64,000 nt of DNA, from contig NC_045697.1 of NCBI RefSeq assembly GCF_009834535.1, positions 20,276,001 through 20,340,000 on the forward strand, written 5' to 3'. Below the pieces are notes generated by a model. It did no database searches and was not told the origin of the DNA. It was given only the letters and a program-made list of their open reading frames with translations. Positions 53,391 to 64,000 of the stretch are shown here, piece after piece. Each line of letters opens with the position of its first letter. Position 1 is the stretch's first letter. The stretch is from Camelus ferus. Lineage: Eukaryota. The translations under genes and the position numbers were made by a program.

Positions 53391-56264
53391 AGTACCTATG
53401 CATAACTATTTAACCAGCACCTAGAAGAACCTACAGATATTATTATTCATACATGGGATACATATTTTTAAAAAGCATATTAAAATACAGTCTTCTATTT
53501 CTAGTGGGGCTGTGTTATTTAAGCCACTACTGTTCCAGAGATGGCTTTAAGCAAAGCATGTTTACACATATATTTTCTGGATTTTTTTTTTCTGTTATAT
53601 TTTAATAACAATTGGTATTTCTATGGCTCTACAGTTTTCAAAGAACATCAAAGGTATGGTGTAATAACATAATTTCTATGGCATTTTTGGAATTTAGGTA
53701 GTATTTGTGTATATTGTGGATGTGAAAATCCAGAAATTTACTTGCCAATAATAGTAAAACTTGTAAACATATGACTTACATAAAAGACCTCCAATCTTAA
53801 GTCTACTCTCTTTCCTCTACACTTTAGTGCTTTTATTGTTTATTTCTTTGTTTGTTTCTTCCTCTTTCTCTCTTTGATTTCAGGTAATCAGTAAACTCAC
53901 GATGGCTCCTGAGTCTCCAGGATATTTACACAGGAATACTTGAGCATCTGCAGAAGGCAGCAAGGGTCACTGATTAAGATACTTTTATATGAAGTCCCTT
54001 TCCCTATTAGAACATATTGTCCCTGAGTCCCACACTCTCAAGTTCCCGAAAATGGCTTTTGGATATTATTTTTCTGCCTTCTTCACCCCACCGTTCATGT
54101 GCTATCATAAGGTTTGAATGCTGGGGAACCTCTGGCATCCAGTTTCAGCTACCAGCTATAATCTAGACAGGTGTCTTTTTCTGGACATTTTCACATTATG
54201 TCGCAGTGATTTCCCAACATAAAACAAAGTAAGTTGGAGGGAATAATAGTATATATTAAAAATGAACAGGAAGTAATAAAACAAAATAAATGATTATGTT
54301 TCAAGAACTGATGGATATAAAAATAAGCAGTAGAAAATTTAGGACAGGAAACATACACAATCATAAAAATAAAAATTATACTCAATAGCTAAAATAACAA
54401 CTAACCTAGGTATAATTAAAGAATATATTTGTAAGCTGGAAAATAACACTAAAACAGATATCAATAAAGAAAAAGCCTACATAAATAGAAAAATCAAAAA
54501 GTGAGGAAGAAATTAACAAGAAGTATGAAGAGAAACCAAACATAACAGAAGCTCTAAGGTGCAGTTCTTTAAATTCTTCCTCTGAAGCTATTAGTTGGGG
54601 GCTAGATGTGATCAATCATCTACGTTGATGAGAGAAAAAGAAAATGATACATGTGAGTCTTAATAAAAAGCGGAAGTTTGAAGTCAATCAGAATCTCTTT
54701 TTCTTAGTAAGGTCTCCTCTTGTCTTTTGGGCACACAGACAAGTCGATATTTTGTATTCTTCAATGTTTTGTATTCTTATCTGTCTATCTTTATTAAAAT
54801 ATCTTTACTGCAAACTGCTAATTTCAAACACAAGACTGAATCGAACCCCAGAATTTCCCCCATTCTTGATAATGTCATGGTGTTTCCAGAAATAGGCATC
54901 CTCTTCTTTGCTGGTTTCTAGGGGAGTGTCTATCAGGCAGCAATATGAAAAAAGGGTCTGGTTGATGAGGTTCTTTTCTAATACAAAGAAAATGCAAGAG
55001 TCTCAAGTTAAATAACAAACCCTCTCTTGTGCAGGCGTCTGCTTTGGTAAATGAAACACCTTTCTTTGCTTAGGCTGCCGCTCACATACAATATGAGGCA
55101 AGTGCACCCTTCTCAATATGGAGTTTCATCAACTGCAAAGCACACTGGCTAATAGCTGCATATGAATTGAGATTATACCATTTTTTTTTAACTTTGGGAT
55201 ACGAAAGTAACCCCATTTTAAAACATAATAGATTTATTTCTTACTTATGTCTTCATTTTTTGGAAATTATATGATTTAAAAATCTTAAATATTTAAACTA
55301 CTATATAAAATATCTGCATGAAGCCTGTTTTAGTGTCAAAAGTAGCCACCCCCTACTGTATTCTATCTGATTTGGCTTCTTGGTTATGATTATTTAAAGA
55401 TAGTAGAATGAGAAATGAAGGGGGATTAGTTATATAACAGCTTCAAAAATATTTGAATAGTAATGTGTTCTAAATATTTAATAGATATGAATTACCACTA
55501 CAAGTTCTAAAATATTCTAATTGTGCATAAAACTCTTGTTCTTCTTATTTTAAATGCATTCAGAGGAAAGTGATTTAAATAAAGAAATGATATTCCTAGG
55601 GTGAAAATCATAGAATTGTATGATACTTATGCTTCTACTTAGTATGCAGTCTTAATAAGTAGCAGGTTTTTCTAAGAATGGAACATTATTGTTATTCATT
55701 CCAACCAACTGGACTTAAAGTAGTGTCAATTTTCAAAAGTACAATGCTGAGTTTGCATCAGTTCTGAAATAGCTCATACTTTTATTAAAATATGTGTGGT
55801 TTTTATTACTACAAGAAGCAATTGTATTCTGAATAAAACATTGCAGTTTGCTCAGCAATGTTATGATGACATAAGCATTTATTAATGTCCAGTACATTAA
55901 GTATTATATATTGTACATTAAGTGTCATATATTGTCTCCAAAGCAATAAATGGGACCTGATTTCTGCTTCATTATATTTAAGATATGATAACTAGAAAGA
56001 TACTTTCATGAGGTTAAATATTTTTGATAGTATCAAAATTGCTAGTACTTTAGAAATTAGTTGAAGATAAAACTTATCTGTCCCCTAATTTAGATGATGC
56101 TAGTCAGGACAATGTCATTTTGTGCAATGTTGAGATTCATTGTGAAATTTTACTCATCCTTTGAGGATCAGACTAAATCACATCTCGGCTAGAAGCATTT
56201 ATCTTATGAATTCATGGCATACAAAGATTGAAATAAACCTTAGAATTCATCATGTCATAACCCA

Positions 56265-56425
56265 GACCAGAATTTCTCAAATGCTTTTGTTTCAACCTTG
56301 CATCAACAGCACATCTCAAAACCACCCATAAAATCATATTCTTAAAAGAGTGAAGCCCAGAAATCTGAATTTAAATTGGCACTCTAAGTGATATTATACA
56401 TTGTAGAATGATCCAACCATTACTC
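56265..56425. mobile_element. MER5-like hAT-Charlie fragment
   Basis: cagaatttctcaaa...gcccagaaatctgaattt...agtgatatt...aaccattact. Confidence 0.5.
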
Positions 56426-57008
56426 CAGCTGGGCTTGAAATCCTTCTTTGACAACTTTTCTAATGGTTGAATATCTTTTGAGAAAAAAATGCAAGTAAAC
56501 TACACTCAAATACCGCTCAAAATTTAGGCAGTTCTATTATAAATATAATTATGCCTTATACTTTGTCAAAATTTGTTGCTTCTGAATGTCTATTTCAGCT
56601 TTATGAAACTACAAAGAGACTTAAAATCCTTCAAATGTATTTTAAAAATTCATGTAATATGAGCGTTAAACCCTCATATTATTATTTTTAAATAGACACT
56701 TTTATGACTTTCTTGTGACATGGTTTTCAGGCTTCCTAACTCTGCCTACTTATTAATATCCTAATAAACTTTTATTGAATTATATTCCCCTTAACGTAGA
56801 GTATACTGAGTCAAACGCTATCTTTTGCATGATAGGATGAGTTCCACATATTAAAGAATGAATGAATAAATAAAAGAATAACATTTAAGTGGTAATTAAC
56901 ATCTTTGAAAAACTGCTGTGTCTCTGGTACTACTCAAGTTCTTAATATTCTTTGTTTTATGTAATCCTGTCCCAAACATATGAGGCAGGAAATTTATTAC
57001 TAAGTGAC

Positions 57009-57731
57009 TTGGACAGCAGCATGTAAATCAATGAAGCTAGAACACTCCCTTACACCATACACAAAAATAAACTCAGAAAGGAGCAAAGACTTAAACATAA
57101 GACAAGATGCAATAAACCTCCTAGAAGAAAATATTGGCAAAACATTGTCTCACATACATCTCAAAAATGTTCTCCTAGGACAGTCTACCCAAGAAATAGA
57201 AATAAAAGCAAGAATAAACAAATGGGACCTAATTAAATTTACAAGCTTCTGCACAGCAAAGGAAACCATAAGTAAAACAAAACGACAACCTACGGAATGG
57301 GAGAAAATGTTTGCAAACAATGAAACCGACAAAGGCTTGATCTCCAGAATATATAAGCAGCTCATATGACTTCATAAGAAAAAAAACAAACAGCCCAATC
57401 CAAAAATGGGCAGAAGATCTAAACAAGCAATTCTCCCAAGGAAGAAATACAAATGATCAATAGGCACATGAAAAAATGCTCAATATCACTAATTATCAGA
57501 GAAATGCAAATCAAAACTATGATGAGGTCTCACCTCACACCAGCCAGAATGGCCATCATTCAAAAGTCCACAAATGACAAATGCTGGAGAGGCTGTGGAG
57601 AAAAGGAAACCCTCCTACACTGCTGGTGGGAATGCAGTTTGATGCAGCCACTGTGGAAAACAGTATGGAGATTCCTCAAAAGACTAGGAATAGACTTACC
57701 ATATGACCCAGGAATCCTGCTCCTAGGCATA
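57009..57731 (+). mobile_element. Young L1 internal ORF2 fragment lacking 3'UTR, poly-A and TSD
   Basis: ORFs 57004-57369 (LTPYTKINS...WDLIKFTSFCTAKE) and 57453 onward ([17 protein letters not shown]); nearly identical to 31284-31368 where they overlap. Confidence 0.88.
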
Positions 57732-58336
57732 ATATTTTTTCTTGATATCACAGTCTTAACTATGGTTGCACTAGTGTTCCGAACCTGGCCTGTTTGTCAC
57801 CAGAGTTTGTGTTTGTTCTCTGCATGCTGTGCTTATAAAGGAATTTATTATCTTTAACCTAAATAATGAAAATTATATTGACCTCAAGATTATCTATAAT
57901 TGCTCATAAAAGTGTGAGCAGTATTCCTTTCAAATGTATAAGAGAATGAAATCTCATGATGTCTAGTTAAAATGAGCAACGTTCTGATCATCAATTTTAT
58001 TATAAGCATTAAGTTACTGGTCAAAGTTAACAGTTATTAAATGAAGGAAATCCCATCTATTATTTTATTTAATTCTCAAAATAACCTCATATGGTAAACA
58101 TGAGTCTCCAATGGTCCAAAAAGCTTTTGAAGAGAATACAGATTATGTACAAAAAAAAGGAGAAATAGACTGTCATCAGGATTCTCAGCAGTAACATTGG
58201 GAAAGGAATAGCTTCATATTTTGACTGAAAACACAACAAAAAGAATAAAGGCTCCTGAGATATTATAGAGGAAAATATTGGGAATTGAGAAAAGAACCAA
58301 ATGTCTTATGATTACAATGGGAGAAATTTGTTGGGT

Positions 58337-58409
58337 TTCTTCCTTCCTTTCCTCTGTCTTTCCTTCTTCCCTTCCTTCCTTCTTTTCCTTTCTATTTTTC
58401 TTTTTTTTT
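58337..58409. repeat. (TTCC)n polypyrimidine simple repeat
   Basis: Directly visible. Confidence 0.8.
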
Positions 58410-58628
58410 GAAATTTAGCTCAGAAAACTAAGCTATTAGAAAAGGGCAGTTATTAACTTAAAAGAAGACAATAATGACATCAAAAGCAAATAAAGTTTCA
58501 TAAGAATGAAGTCTGTATTATATTTATGACTCAGCTATAAAAAGTCTGTTTCTAAGATAGTGTTGAATATTGATACAGGCAAATTTTACAATATAAATAT
58601 ATTTGGAACAATGGAAGATGTGTGTGTG

Positions 58629-59259
58629 TGATGAAGGATAAACGGGTGTGGGGCGTGAGGAGGGCCGTGTCCCAGGCTCCGGTTGAGTCCCTGGGACATG
58701 CCCCGCCAACTGTGGGTCCTTGGCTTTGTGCAGGAAAGAATTCAAGAGCGAGCCACAGTTGAGTAAAGGTTGATTTATTTAGAGAGATACATTGAAAAGC
58801 AAGAGAAAGGCCACAAGGTGTGGGGGTTGGGTGCTCAGATTGGAGTAAAAATAGGTACGCACTCCATAGGCAGAGTGCTGGCCGATTCTGAATCGAGAGA
58901 GAGAGGCCGTGACAGAAAGTGTTGCCCATTTTCATGGGCTTTGGTAGCTTCATATGCTAATAAGTGAAAGGACCAGTCTAAGTAGCCTGGGGAAGGGGCT
59001 GGGATTCCCAGGAAGTTGGCCATTTCCCACTCTTTGCCCTTTTGTAGCTAGCCTTGAGAATGTCATGGCGCCTGTGGGCATGTTATTCACCATGTTAATA
59101 TATTACAATGAGCTTATAATGAAGCTCAAGGTCTACTAGAAGTTAAATCTCCCACCATCTTAAGCCTCAAGGCCTACTGGGGGTTGAATCTTTCACCATT
59201 TTGATGTTAATTGCTGTAGCAGTCCTTGAATGGCTGTGCCCTGCCCCCTTCCTGTCTCA
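58629..59259 (-). mobile_element. Young ERV1-class solo LTR with 4-bp TSD TGTG
   Basis: TGA...TCA termini, antisense AATAAA near 58775, CpGs retained, TGTG on both sides. Confidence 0.8.
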
Positions 59260-59374
59260 TGTGTTTGTGAGAGAGAGAGTTAGTGGGGTCAAGAGATAAG
59301 GAATAAAACTCCTCTGTATGAAATTTTCACAGATAATTTTCTAAAATAGGAAATTGCCATTTTAAAAGCATTTG

Positions 59375-62300
59375 TTTTCAGTTTCAGCTCTAACATGTAA
59401 CAAAGAGCTGAAAAGTCACCGCTTCTATTCTTACATTAAAAAGCTGAAAAAATAATAATCAATAACTATGACAGAATCCAAGAAAGAACTGAGGTTTCAG
59501 GGCCAACTTCAATCCTAAAATCTGGAGAGACAGGCAAATACAGAAAGTCACAGCCGAGTGCTGCTTGTCTAGACCAGCAACATTGGAACCGTAAACTGAT
59601 AAATTAATACTTGAGTAATTTTTACAAATTGCTGAAGGCTGAGTTGGGGGGCGGTGGGGAGGGACATTTTCAGGAGTTTTACCTCCGGGTACCTATTATA
59701 CCAAGTTCTCAAAAGGAAGAGTCAGGAAAGATTGCCTCAGGGCTCTGTAAATTGAAGGGGAGGATTAACCATTGTGAAATACACAGCACATTTACACACA
59801 ACATATCTTCCAGAAAACAGTAACAAAGGGAACATTTTCTAAATTATTCCCTGAAGCTACCACTATATAAAGAGGATAAAGGAAGAAAAAGCAGATGATT
59901 TTACCAATTACTTCAGAAAAACCTTTGACAAAACCCAACAGTCACTCATGATAAAAACACACAGCAAACTAGGAATGGATAGAAGATTTCTCAACTTCAT
60001 GAAGCATCTCTACAAAAACCCTACAGCTAACAACATGCTTAGTGGTGAGAAACTGGATTCTTTGTTGTTAAATTTGGAAAGAAGGCAATGATGTCCTGTC
60101 TCATCAGTCATATGTAGCATCATACTGGAATTCTTAACTAACACAACAGGCAAGAAATGAAGTAAAAATAAGAAATCAAGATGTACATATTGGGAAGAGA
60201 GAAGTAAAACTGTCTTTGTTCACAGATGACTTTTGCGTCTGTGCAGAAAATCCCAAAGAACCTATAAAAATAAGATAAACTTCCTAGAATAAGCTAGTAT
60301 AGTAAAAGCACAGGGCACGTGGCTAATATAGTAAAGTCAATTGCTTTCCTATATAGCAGCAATAAACAACTGGAATCTGTAATCTAAAGTGATATCATTT
60401 ATGGTAGCCCCCCTAAAATACAAAATTAAATATTTAGCTATAAATGTAACAAAATATATATACAAGATTTATATGTAGATTCCTACAAACTCAGTATTGT
60501 TAAGATGCCAGTTCTTCACAACTTGAGGAATTGCTTTAATGCAGTCTCAGTCAAATCCCAGGAAGCTCTTCTATGGATGTCCATAAACTCATAAAATATA
60601 AAGACAAAAGACCTAAAATAGTCAACACAATAGTGAAGACGAGGAACTAAATTGGAGGATTCACACAACCTGATTTCAAGATTTATTATAAAGCTACAAT
60701 AATCAAGATCACATGGAACTGGTGCAAGAGTTTAAGCACAGAACAAAAACAGGAGTCCAGACGTACACCAATGTAGATATACTCAACTGATCTTTTACAA
60801 AGAAGCAAAGGCCATTAAATGAAGAAGATACAGTCTTTTCAACAAATAGTGCTGAAACATATGCAAAAAACTGAACTTAGGTACAGACTTTACATCCTTC
60901 ACAAAAGTAGCTCAAGATGAATCATAGATGGAAATGTGAAATGAACATCTATAAAAATTCCGGAAGAAACTGTATAAGATCTAGGTGACTTTTGGTTTGG
61001 CAGTGAGATTTTTTAGATACAACACCAAAAACATGATCAATGAAAGAAACAATAATAAATTGAAGTTTAATAAAGTTTGTTTATTTTTCTTATAGTGTAC
61101 GACACTGTAAATGAATGCAAAGATAAAATCACAGAAAAGAGAAAACATCTGCAAAGCAAACATATGATAAAAGACAAAATACACAAATAACTACTGAAAC
61201 TCAATAATAAATAAACAAGTAACCCAATTAGAAAATGGACAAAATATCTGAATGAATATCTCACCAAGCAAGATAAACATACAGCAGGTAAGTGTATGAA
61301 AAGATGCTCAACATTACATGTCTTTAGCAATCTGCAAACTAGAGCAATAGTATGATACTCTTATACAGCTATTAGAATGACTAGAATCCAAAAAGCCCTG
61401 GGCTAACAGTTGCTAGGCAAGGATTCAGAGCACCAGGAACCCTCACTCAGTGCCACTGGGAATGCAAAATATTATAGTTACTTTCTAATTGGTTTGGGGC
61501 TTTATTACAAAGCTAAGTATAGTCTTACCATATGATCCAAGAAATATATTCCAGGGTACTCACAAAACTTACTTGAAAACTTATGTTTGCACAGAAAACT
61601 TCACATGAATGTTTATGGTAGCTATGTTTATTCATAATCACCAAAAACTGGAAGCAATTAAGATGCTCTTCAAAAGGTGAATGAATAAATAAATTGTGAT
61701 ACATCTGTACAATGGAATACTATTATTCAATGATTAAAAGTGAACTATCATGCCGTGAAGACATATTGATGAATATTAAATGCATATTGATAAGTGAAAG
61801 AAGCCAGTCTGAAAAGGCTACATACTACACAATTTCAAATATATGCTATTCTGGAAGAAGTAAAACTGTAGTTTATGGTAAAAAGGCCAGTGGTTGTTAG
61901 GGGTTTGGGGAAAGAGGGAATGATTGAATAGATGAAGCACAGAATTTTTGATGGCAGCAAATCTATTTTATGTGATTCTATAATGTGAATGTGTGACACT
62001 ATACCTTTGTTAAAATTCATAGAATTTTACAGAAACGAGTGAAGCTTCATGTATGCAAATTTAAAAAATTCTTTAGGAAATTAGGAAACTCAAGATGGAT
62101 GCAGAATGTGACACACAAATCTAATTGTATAACTCATGTATGAAATAACCTCACTAAAATGGAGGGAGGGCAGGAAATACACAGGATGATCCTAGAGCAT
62201 CTTATAGTGCCAGAAAGTAAGCAAGCATTGAAAAATTGAACAAAGCAAAACAAACAATAACAAAATGCCTGCACTGTTGAGGGTATGTCAAAAGGGCACG

Positions 62301-63010
62301 TGAATCAACAGAAAAGTTCCAGTGGCCACAGCTCGGAAATTTGAATTGCACAATAAATCAAATACTATTGAATTATACCACAAAGTATGAAGTCAATGTC
62401 CCTGAGTCACTCTGATATGAATAAATACTTATCAAAGTAAACACATGGGAAAGAAAAGAAATATCTGTGAAGAAAAATTCCAATAGTTTAAGTAGCTATA
62501 CCTCCCTCGAGAAATGGACCAGAACTCCCTGTATCTTAAGTGTATGTTGTGCAGAGTGACTTCCTTCGAAAGAGGACAATATGGAGTGGGAGGTGGGTGA
62601 GGAGTAACTTTCAGTGATGAAATCTGGCAGACAGGACCACAGTCAGATGGTCCAGGTTCGCCTCAGGTTGATAGTCTGTATCCTTGGTGTGATGTGGTAA
62701 AAATGATTTATATCTGTAGTCATCCTCCCCAAAACCCATTAACTCGGTCTAATAATGAGATAAACATTATATACATTTTAGTTGAGGTAATCTTCTACAA
62801 AATCCCTAACCAGTCCTACCCAAATAGTCAAGGTCCTTAAAAACAAGTCTGTGAAACTGATACAGCCCAGAGGAGCAACACACGACCAAATGTGATGTAT
62901 TCTGGATGGAATCCTGAAACAGAGAAAGGACATTAGGCAATCATAATGTATGTATACTGGTTTATTAATTATAATAAATCTTACATACTTATATAAGTTG
63001 AAAAAAAAAG
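59375..63010 (+). mobile_element. Old L1MD-like element: 5' end joined to ORF2 RT region and 3'UTR
   Basis: cagctctaacatgtaa...ctggagagacaggc (L1MD-type 5' end); RT-region DNA from about 59800; MEYYYSMIKSEL remnant; L1MD/MC 3'UTR (cctccccaaaacccatt...ttctacaaaat). Confidence 0.75.
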
Positions 63011-64000
63011 AAGAAGAGAGGAAAGGGGGAAGGAGGAAGGAAGGAGAGGAAGAGTCTTAGATTAAAATGCTCTAAGTTACTCAGATAAAGCAGGGACTTA
63101 CATTCAACTCCTTCTGATGCTAAAGCCCACAGGATGAATCACTTTTTAATTTTTTTTTTTTTTTTTGCCTTTCATAAAAAGAAGACAAAATGGCTAGGAC
63201 AGCAAGGTGTATCTTGCTTAACTGTAGCTGAAAGTTAAGAAATTCCATTTCTCATCCCTTCAGCAAATTCAGTGTACTCACTGCTAGATGTTACGGAAAG
63301 GAATCACTTACTATAGTCAAAAAGAGAAACTTGGAACTTGCCTCAATGTTGCAAATAGTTAAGTCAACTCTACCTGCTTTTCCTTTTAATGCTTTTTAAG
63401 AGCCTATCTTCATAACCTCTCTTGCCATATCCTATCCATGTTATGTTATCATCAGAGTTTGATTTGTAAGTCCAGATTCTGGGATGCGTCTTTAGTTTAA
63501 GTTGATGGGAAGAGATTCAGCAACTTTATACAAAGTGAAATCTTGCTTGGGGAGTTTAGGAAGAAAATAACCTCTGTTGGGCTGGAGTGAGAAAGTTCTT
63601 AACTGCAATGTGTAAAGGCTGCTTTGCATGTAATTTTATTCATTTCTTAATCAGTGGAGAATAATATATGACTTTTAAGCCAAAGCATAGTATTCTTCTT
63701 CAAGGTTTTGTATTACCCATGTAGCTAGTAGAAGGGAAATGGCCTGGGTCATTTCCCCCTCCCTTTTTTGTTTTTTAAAATAGTAGTTTAAAGGGATGAG
63801 GCTAATTTTCTGTGTAATTATTTTAAGACTGAGTTAGAAAATTCTCTTCTCCTTGATTCTTTTCTCCTGTTGTGTTTTCAACTGAGGAACGAAATCATTT
63901 TAATGAATTGTGAGTGTCTAGACTGGGAACAGTTCTAAAGACTGGGACCTAACCTCTGGGATTAGTTTGGCTGTGGTTTTTAGAGCCCAGCCTGGGTTTT

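Noticed and set aside
55892..55933. Two 21-bp tandem units (gtacattaag...tatatt) resembling mitochondrial D-loop termination motifs
   Set aside because: Too short and AT-rich, with no flanking mitochondrial similarity; likely a local duplication.

Overview
AT-rich, repeat-dense mammalian DNA with no recognisable intact protein-coding gene, so intergenic or deep intronic. The young LINE-1 3' ends are of cetartiodactyl type, and I see no Alu, B1, Bov-tA, CHR, PRE-1 or Can-SINE elements; this points to a camelid genome (inference). The window holds ancient repeats (MIR, L2, HAL1, L1M/MC/MD, MLT1/MLT2, LTR41-like, MER58, MER5) and several young insertions with readable target-site duplications (TSDs). 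The most notable element is a 3.5-kb L1 at 28896-32392 with a full 5'UTR and ORF1 but almost no ORF2 (half-L1 architecture). It carries two stacked 3' transductions, each with its own polyA signal and tail, inside one 9-bp TSD. Other highlights: a 0.53-kb orphan retrocopy of an unidentified polyadenylated RNA with a 20-bp TSD, a twin-primed L1, a tail-less L1 patch, a 46-bp micro-L1, a REST/RE1 site and several enhancer-like non-repeat blocks. Repeat family names come from recalled consensus similarity, and boundaries are approximate unless a TSD is given.
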